DNA from: Bacilli bacterium
GTDB taxonomy: Bacteria; Bacillota_I; Bacilli_A; RF39; UBA660
NCBI GenBank assembly: GCA_022795155.1
Contig: JAAWGF010000001.1
Location: 74,826-138,825, forward strand
Length of the DNA: 64,000 bases
Direction: 5' to 3'
Shown here: positions 58,434 through 64,000 of the stretch, piece after piece
Layout of the letters: each line of letters opens with the position of its first letter
Position numbering within the stretch: position 1 is the stretch's first letter
Position numbers and translations under genes: made by a program
The notes under the pieces: model-generated
What the model was told of the DNA's origin: nothing
Database searches by the model: none
What the model saw: the letters and a program-made list of their open reading frames with translations, nothing else

Positions 58434-59414
58434 TTATTTTGCTTTAAATATGAAATTGCTATTTTTTAATGGTCTTTTTTGAAAACCTAATAATTCTTTA
58501 TCTTCATAGTCTAATAAAGAAGCATCAGTATATAAAAATTCTAAATATTGATTATATGTGTATGGGGTTGTATAGGTGGCATTGATATTTTCTTCATAGT
58601 ATAGTCCATTTCTAAATGATAATGTAAAACCATCTAGATAGTGTTTTAAATTATCTGGTGTGATTAATATATAGCCATTTTTTAAAATTTCTTTAGCAAC
58701 ATTTGCTCGTTTTTTATCCATCATCATATAAATACCGGCTAATGGCAAATCAAAAAATGGGATTCCTAAACATTCAATCATATTTTCATTTGCTAGAAAG
58801 AATTGTTTATAAGAGCAATCAATAAGGTATTGTTTATTGTTAATTTCGGAAATATTAAAATAGTGGTATCTATAACCGTCAAATAAGGGGTATTTATTAG
58901 AAAAGCCAGCTTCCATCTTTATTATTTGACATTTGATTTGATGTTTTTTACATAAATTTTGAACAATTTCACTTATTATATAGCAGCTGTTTGATAAATC
59001 ATATGTTTCAAAATTTTTAGGATAAATTCCCCTACATAATTGATAGGCATTATATGTTTCATGAACAATAAGGTCTAATGTATTTGTTTCTTCAGTATTA
59101 TTGATATTATAGTTATAATGAAAGTTTCCATCATATTTATATAATTCATTAGTAGGAATTATGTATAATTCGTCACTTATTTTATTTCTAAAAGTGTTAA
59201 CAATCCATAGTAATTTGATATAAATTCTATGCATTGTAGCAGTTTCTTTATTATAAAAATTATTGGCTAAATCTTTTAAATGTTTATACATACTATTAAC
59301 GCTAACAAATGCTTCTCGTGATTTATCATTAAAAATTATGTTGTTACCGATTTTTTCTATTTGTTCAACACATTCATTCAAATATTTTTCCAAATACATT
59401 CCATCACTTATCAT
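58434..59414 (-). CDS. Hypothetical protein with a possible transglutaminase/papain-like Cys-His-Asp triad
   Basis: NSC, YHYFN, YLIDCSY in the expected order. Confidence 0.45.
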   Translation of the reverse strand: MISDGMYLEKYLNECVEQIEKIGNNIIFNDKSREAFVSVNSMYKHLKDLANNFYNKETATMHRIYIKLLWIVNTFRNKISDELYIIPTNELYKYDGNFHYNYNINNTEETNTLDLIVHETYNAYQLCRGIYPKNFETYDLSNSCYIISEIVQNLCKKHQIKCQIIKMEAGFSNKYPLFDGYRYHYFNISEINNKQYLIDCSYKQFFLANENMIECLGIPFFDLPLAGIYMMMDKKRANVAKEILKNGYILITPDNLKHYLDGFTLSFRNGLYYEENINATYTTPYTYNQYLEFLYTDASLLDYEDKELLGFQKRPLKNSNFIFKAK

Positions 59415-59523
59415 AACTATTTCCTTTCAATAGATTTTATTATAACTCTAAAATGTATAGAACACAATAAGTTTATGAGAAAGAATTTTAATATTTTAAT
59501 GTGTCTAATTATGTCTAATTTTG

Positions 59524-59552
59524 TTGAAAAGTAATAATTTTAATGTTATAAT
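59524..59552 (+). promoter_or_regulatory. SigmaA promoter with upstream phased direct repeats
   Basis: TTGAAA-N17-TATAAT; TGTCTAATT at 59502 and 59512. Confidence 0.65.
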
Positions 59553-59580
59553 TCAATTGTAATAGATGAATAGGAGTGAA

Positions 59581-60045
59581 ATGATGAACAGTACAGAAGT
59601 TAAAGTAGATGCTAAATTTAGAAGGGCGACAATTGATGATGTAAAAGGCATTATTGCTTTATGTAATGAATGTTTTGAAGAAAACACTAGTATGGAATAT
59701 GCAACAAGAGTATTTGAAGAAACAATGGATGATAAAAATCAAATTTATTTAGTTGGAATAGTTGATGGTAAAATAGTAGCTCATACGAAAATTACCATTA
59801 TCCCAACGATGTATGAAAAAATGAATACTTATGCGATTATTAATCATGTTTGCGTTAAACCAGAATATCGTAGGCATAATTTAGCTACCTTAATGTTAGA
59901 TGAAGTTACAGTTATATGTAAGGAAATGGGCTGTAAAGCAATTGAGTTATGGAGTAATAATTTTAGGCAACCAGCTCATGCTTGTTATAAAAAATATGGA
60001 TTTATTGTTAATGATGCAAAATTCTTTTCAAAGGAAATAGATTAG
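59581..60045 (+). CDS. GNAT-family N-acetyltransferase
   Basis: V.VKPEYRRHNLAT, A..CYKKYGF; GGAG RBS before ATG 59581. Confidence 0.9.
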   Translation: MMNSTEVKVDAKFRRATIDDVKGIIALCNECFEENTSMEYATRVFEETMDDKNQIYLVGIVDGKIVAHTKITIIPTMYEKMNTYAIINHVCVKPEYRRHNLATLMLDEVTVICKEMGCKAIELWSNNFRQPAHACYKKYGFIVNDAKFFSKEID

Positions 60046-60053
60046 GAGATTTT

Positions 60054-61235
60054 ATGGGAATAAGTAATGTTTATGTAGGTGGCTGGTTCCAAAGAACAAT
60101 GCTACAATTATCGGAAATATATGATTTTTTAAGAGATTGTAAAACACATTTAAATTTCGATTTAGAAAAATTAGCGGAATTTCGTAAAAATTTACAAATT
60201 GGTAAAATTGATTATGGTGTTGCTGGAGAAGAATATATTGAATTTACAACTGCTCTGGATATTAAGGTAAAAATTTTTGAAGATGGTTTAATTGTTTTAA
60301 ATAATACAAATGTTAGTGAAGATACTTTATTTGCTGATTTAGATAAAGTAACGGATTATTATGAGCATAGATTATCACCAGCTTTTAGTTATTTATTTAG
60401 TTTGGGAGCACCTGTTCCAAAAGAACTGGCTAATATTGAAACTGTTTTTCCATATTTTATTATTTGCGATAATGCTAGCAAAGATGAAATAAACGAATTG
60501 TTAGCTCGAACAGAAAAACAAAAATATTTTGAATTTACCAATGAAAAATATGATGTTATAAGAGGTGATAAATACTATTTTATCAATAATAAGAAACAGA
60601 CATTAGGTAATATTGAAAGATATATTGAAGAACAAATTTTTATTCGTGAATTTAAAGGTCAATTGCATAGATATTTAAATTTGCACCGAATTATTTGGGA
60701 AAAAATAGATGGTGTCAAAGAAAATGTACGTGTTAAAGGAGCCGACATTATTAAATTTAGTAGTAAATTAGAGGGTTATTCAAAAACGGTTAACTTAATA
60801 GATGGTCGTATTAATCAGATGAGTACATATCTACCAACGCGTGAAAAAATCGCTAAGAGTGATCCTGAACTTGCTGAATTTTTAGCTATTTCTGGGTATC
60901 GTTATGAAACATTAAAAGATACTTTGGATTATATTAGACATTTATGGGGAATGACGAAAACTTATGTGTCATCGGCTCAAAAGTTATTTAATGATTTACA
61001 AAGTGATGTTACAAATAAATCTATTGGTAGTTTAACAATTGTTACTTCGATGGGGGTAGGGGCTTCTTTAATTGATTTATTTACAGGTTCAGCTCCATCG
61101 TTTAGTGCTTTTGGCTTCGTTTATTTCTTTGCTTTAGCAGTCTTAGGTTGGGCAGTTAATAAGATTATGAATACAATATCAAGAAAACGCAAATATGAAA
61201 TTAATGATATCGAATATGAGAAAGATATTAAATAG
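60054..61235 (+). CDS. Hypothetical protein with CorA-like topology (large soluble domain, two C-terminal TMs)
   Basis: Long stalk-like helix followed by two TM helices; no GMN motif. Confidence 0.45.
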   Translation: MGISNVYVGGWFQRTMLQLSEIYDFLRDCKTHLNFDLEKLAEFRKNLQIGKIDYGVAGEEYIEFTTALDIKVKIFEDGLIVLNNTNVSEDTLFADLDKVTDYYEHRLSPAFSYLFSLGAPVPKELANIETVFPYFIICDNASKDEINELLARTEKQKYFEFTNEKYDVIRGDKYYFINNKKQTLGNIERYIEEQIFIREFKGQLHRYLNLHRIIWEKIDGVKENVRVKGADIIKFSSKLEGYSKTVNLIDGRINQMSTYLPTREKIAKSDPELAEFLAISGYRYETLKDTLDYIRHLWGMTKTYVSSAQKLFNDLQSDVTNKSIGSLTIVTSMGVGASLIDLFTGSAPSFSAFGFVYFFALAVLGWAVNKIMNTISRKRKYEINDIEYEKDIK

Positions 61236-61243
61236 GTAATTTT

Positions 61244-62983
61244 GTGCGTAGATATTTTGAAACATTTGCAAGACTTTTAAAAATTGCTAATAAAAAAAGG
61301 TGGGTCATAATTCAAATGTTTATTAGTATAGGCTTGCATAATATCGCAAGCCTTTTGCCTCCTATAGCAACATCTGGTATTATTGCAACAATCACGAGTA
61401 ATAATTTTAATGCGATTTGGTATTTCGTTATTTTATATTTGCTTTTTTATGTTTTATATTTTGGAACTTTAAAATGGAATTATGCTACTTATACATCTTT
61501 AGCTGATTATTATCATTTAGAAGTTCAAAAACTTTTATTTGAAAAAGTAGCTAATAATGATGCTATTTTTAGTAAAATTTCTAAGGGTAAAATCATTGAG
61601 ACTTGTAGTGATGATATTCGTTATTTAGTTGATGTTGTTGATACATTTTCGAAAGCTGTAATGCAAATTATTAAGTTATTAGTTATTTTTGGTATTTTTA
61701 TTTCTTATAATATTTTTGTAGCCAGTATGGTTTTAATCTTGGATTTATTATACTTAAGTCTTATGAATAATAATTCTAAACACGTTTCAAAGTATTATGA
61801 GGGAACACGTAAATATGAAGATAAAATCATTGATATTTTAAATCAAATGCTTACTAATTTACGTCAAGTTAAAACATTAAATATGATGCCAAACCTTAAC
61901 AAAAAGTTGGATAAAACAAGGATAAAATGGCGTGAACAATATAAGGGGAAACGCACTAATATGACTAAGCGTTATTGCTTGATACCGTTTCTTACTTATA
62001 TGGGGAAAATTGCTTTATACATTTTCTTAGCTTATTTAGTTATTAATGGACAGATGGCTTTAGACAAATTAATTCTTTTAATAAGTTATTTTGAAATGAC
62101 GATAACTTGCACTGACCAAATGTTAGATAATTTATTAAATTTAAGTAATTATGGTGTTAGGGTAAATAGAATTAAAGCTATTTTAGATTATATTCCTGAA
62201 AAAGGTATGGATTTTGGCGATATTGATAATGATTATATAAATGGTGTTGTTGAGTTCAAAAATGTTTGTTTTGAAATTAAAGGTAAAAAAATTTTAGATA
62301 AAGTTTCATTTAAAATTTATCCTAATGAAATAAATATGATTATTGGTCATAGTGGCAGTGGAAAGTCGACCATTATAAATTTATTATATCGTTTAAATCG
62401 CATTAAATCTGGTGAAATTTTAATTGATGATGAAAGTATCTATAATTATTCTAAAGATGTTTATTTTTCCAATGTTTCTGGCGTTTATCAAAAACCTTTT
62501 ATGTTTGAGATGAGTATTAAAGATAATTTATCATTAATTGATGCGAACGCTAAAAATCAAATTGAAGCATGTAGAAGAGTAGGCATTCATGATTTTATTA
62601 CGTCTTTACCTAAAGGCTATAATACAGTTATTAGTGAAGAAGGATGCTTGTTATCAGAAGGGCAAAAACAACTATTAGTAATAGCAAGGGCTTTATTATC
62701 TAAATCAGAGATATTGCTTTTTGATGAAATAACAAGTAATATTGATCCATCTACAACAACCAAAATAGGTGAACTTTTGAATGATTTAAAAATTGATCAT
62801 ACAATTATTATGGTTACACATAAACCAGAAATGATGGATTTAGCTGATCGTATTATTGTTTTAGATAATGGTAAGGTCGTTGCTAAAGGTTTAAATAACG
62901 ACGTGTATATAAAATCTAAATTATATCAAGATCTTAAAAATAGAACATTTGCGAGTGTTAGTGTTATGCAAGAAATGCTATAG
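61244..62983 (+). CDS. ABC exporter, fused TMD and NBD
   Basis: GHSGSGKST, LSEGQKQ, LLFDEITS, H-loop. Confidence 0.92.
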   Translation: MRRYFETFARLLKIANKKRWVIIQMFISIGLHNIASLLPPIATSGIIATITSNNFNAIWYFVILYLLFYVLYFGTLKWNYATYTSLADYYHLEVQKLLFEKVANNDAIFSKISKGKIIETCSDDIRYLVDVVDTFSKAVMQIIKLLVIFGIFISYNIFVASMVLILDLLYLSLMNNNSKHVSKYYEGTRKYEDKIIDILNQMLTNLRQVKTLNMMPNLNKKLDKTRIKWREQYKGKRTNMTKRYCLIPFLTYMGKIALYIFLAYLVINGQMALDKLILLISYFEMTITCTDQMLDNLLNLSNYGVRVNRIKAILDYIPEKGMDFGDIDNDYINGVVEFKNVCFEIKGKKILDKVSFKIYPNEINMIIGHSGSGKSTIINLLYRLNRIKSGEILIDDESIYNYSKDVYFSNVSGVYQKPFMFEMSIKDNLSLIDANAKNQIEACRRVGIHDFITSLPKGYNTVISEEGCLLSEGQKQLLVIARALLSKSEILLFDEITSNIDPSTTTKIGELLNDLKIDHTIIMVTHKPEMMDLADRIIVLDNGKVVAKGLNNDVYIKSKLYQDLKNRTFASVSVMQEML

Positions 62984-63049
62984 ATATTATAGCGTTTTTT
63001 CTTTAAAAAAATAAAAAATTCCGTTATACTATTAATAGGTAGTGATGTT

Positions 63050-63931
63050 ATGATTTTAAATGTAAGTGGCAGAACTGATATTGTGGCTTTTTATACGGAA
63101 TGGTTTATTGAGCGTTATAGGGAAGGATATGTTGATGTTCGTAATCCCTTTTATCTAAAAAAAGTTAGTCGAATTTATTTTAAAGATGTTGATGCGATTA
63201 TGTTTTGCACTAAAAACCCCTTACCAATTTTAAAATATTTAAAAGATATCGAAAAGCCAATTTTGTTTCATATTACTTTGACACCATATAAAAAAGATAT
63301 AGAACTTAATTTACCACCAAAAGGAAAGATTATTGAGGCAATAAAAGAAATATCGGCAATTGTTGGTATTGATAATTTGTATATTCGTTATGACCCTATT
63401 TTAATAAATGATAAATATACGGTTTCTTATCATATAAGATCTTTTAATAATATGTGTAAATTATTAAATGGTTATGTTAAGCACATTATTATATCGTTTA
63501 TTGATGAATATAAAAATGTTAAAAATAATGCTGATATATTAAATGTTAAGGAGCTATCTAGTGATGATTATAGAGAGATTGGTTTAAATTTTAGTAAATG
63601 TGCTAATGAAAATGGAATGACAGTACAAACTTGTTGTGAAGATAATAATTTAGTAGAGTATGGTTTTATAAAAAGGGATTGTATTGATTTTAATTTAGCA
63701 TATAAATTAACCCATAAAACTAATTTAAAAAAATGGAAGGAACGCCCTTGTAATTGTGTTGAGATGGTTGATATAGGTGTTTATAATTCTTGTAAACATT
63801 TTTGTAAATACTGTTACGCTAATTATGATGAAAAACAGGTTATAAATAATTATAATAATCATAATCCTAATTCTTCATTATTAATAGGCGATTTAAATAA
63901 TGCTGATGTTATTAAAATTAGGGAGAATTAA
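63050..63931 (+). CDS. DUF1848 family protein
   Basis: SGRTDI.AFY..WF, FCTKNP, RYDPI, DIG.YNSCKHFCKYCYAN. Confidence 0.85.
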   Translation: MILNVSGRTDIVAFYTEWFIERYREGYVDVRNPFYLKKVSRIYFKDVDAIMFCTKNPLPILKYLKDIEKPILFHITLTPYKKDIELNLPPKGKIIEAIKEISAIVGIDNLYIRYDPILINDKYTVSYHIRSFNNMCKLLNGYVKHIIISFIDEYKNVKNNADILNVKELSSDDYREIGLNFSKCANENGMTVQTCCEDNNLVEYGFIKRDCIDFNLAYKLTHKTNLKKWKERPCNCVEMVDIGVYNSCKHFCKYCYANYDEKQVINNYNNHNPNSSLLIGDLNNADVIKIREN

Positions 63932-63936
63932 TAGTT

Positions 63937-64000
63937 ATGAATAATAATAGATATAATTTTATATTAGAAAAATTATCAATGTCTAAATTCCGCAGTAGTT
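63937..64000 (+). CDS. Partial ORF cut by the window end, possibly DUF4186 family
   Basis: MNNNRYNFILEKLSMSKFRSS resembles the DUF4186 N-terminal L.KSKFRS.F pattern; only 21 codons visible. Confidence 0.4.
   Translation, partial: MNNNRYNFILEKLSMSKFRSS

Noticed and set aside
1-64000. CRISPR array, IS elements, rRNA, genetic code 4
   Set aside because: No repeat-spacer array, transposase or rRNA seen. TGA serves as a stop (for example at 32261) and long genes read through without internal TGA.

Overview
Core-chromosome window from a very AT-rich Bacillota genome using genetic code 11. The gene content (spoIIGA-sigE, coat-type genes, FemAB, class B sortase, many ORFans) suggests an uncultured Bacilli lineage such as RF39; this is inference. 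Housekeeping genes: divIB-ftsA-ftsZ, mutL, proS, rpsL-rpsG-fusA-tuf, pyrH, topA, pdp, rpoZ, miaB, ispE-like, dCMP deaminase, two ABC transporters and tRNA-Arg(CCT). Accessory content: (1) a compact Flp/Tad pilus locus whose TadB has N-terminal Ig-like domains; (2) a 5'-open giant protein with about 170-aa Clp-N-like repeats fused to a TelA-like domain; (3) a diverged copy of the tuf 5' end between fusA and tuf; (4) three monocistronic ORFans, two of which share near-identical promoters and terminator stems; (5) a sortase B with its likely substrate; (6) a three-gene activase/dehydratase cluster resembling a split PlsA/PlsR; (7) a decaying patch at 17.7-20.9 kb. I saw no transposase, integrase, reverse transcriptase, CRISPR array or rRNA. 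Several ORF-track starts were moved to the codon supported by an RBS or homology. All family assignments come from motif recognition by eye; no database search was run.
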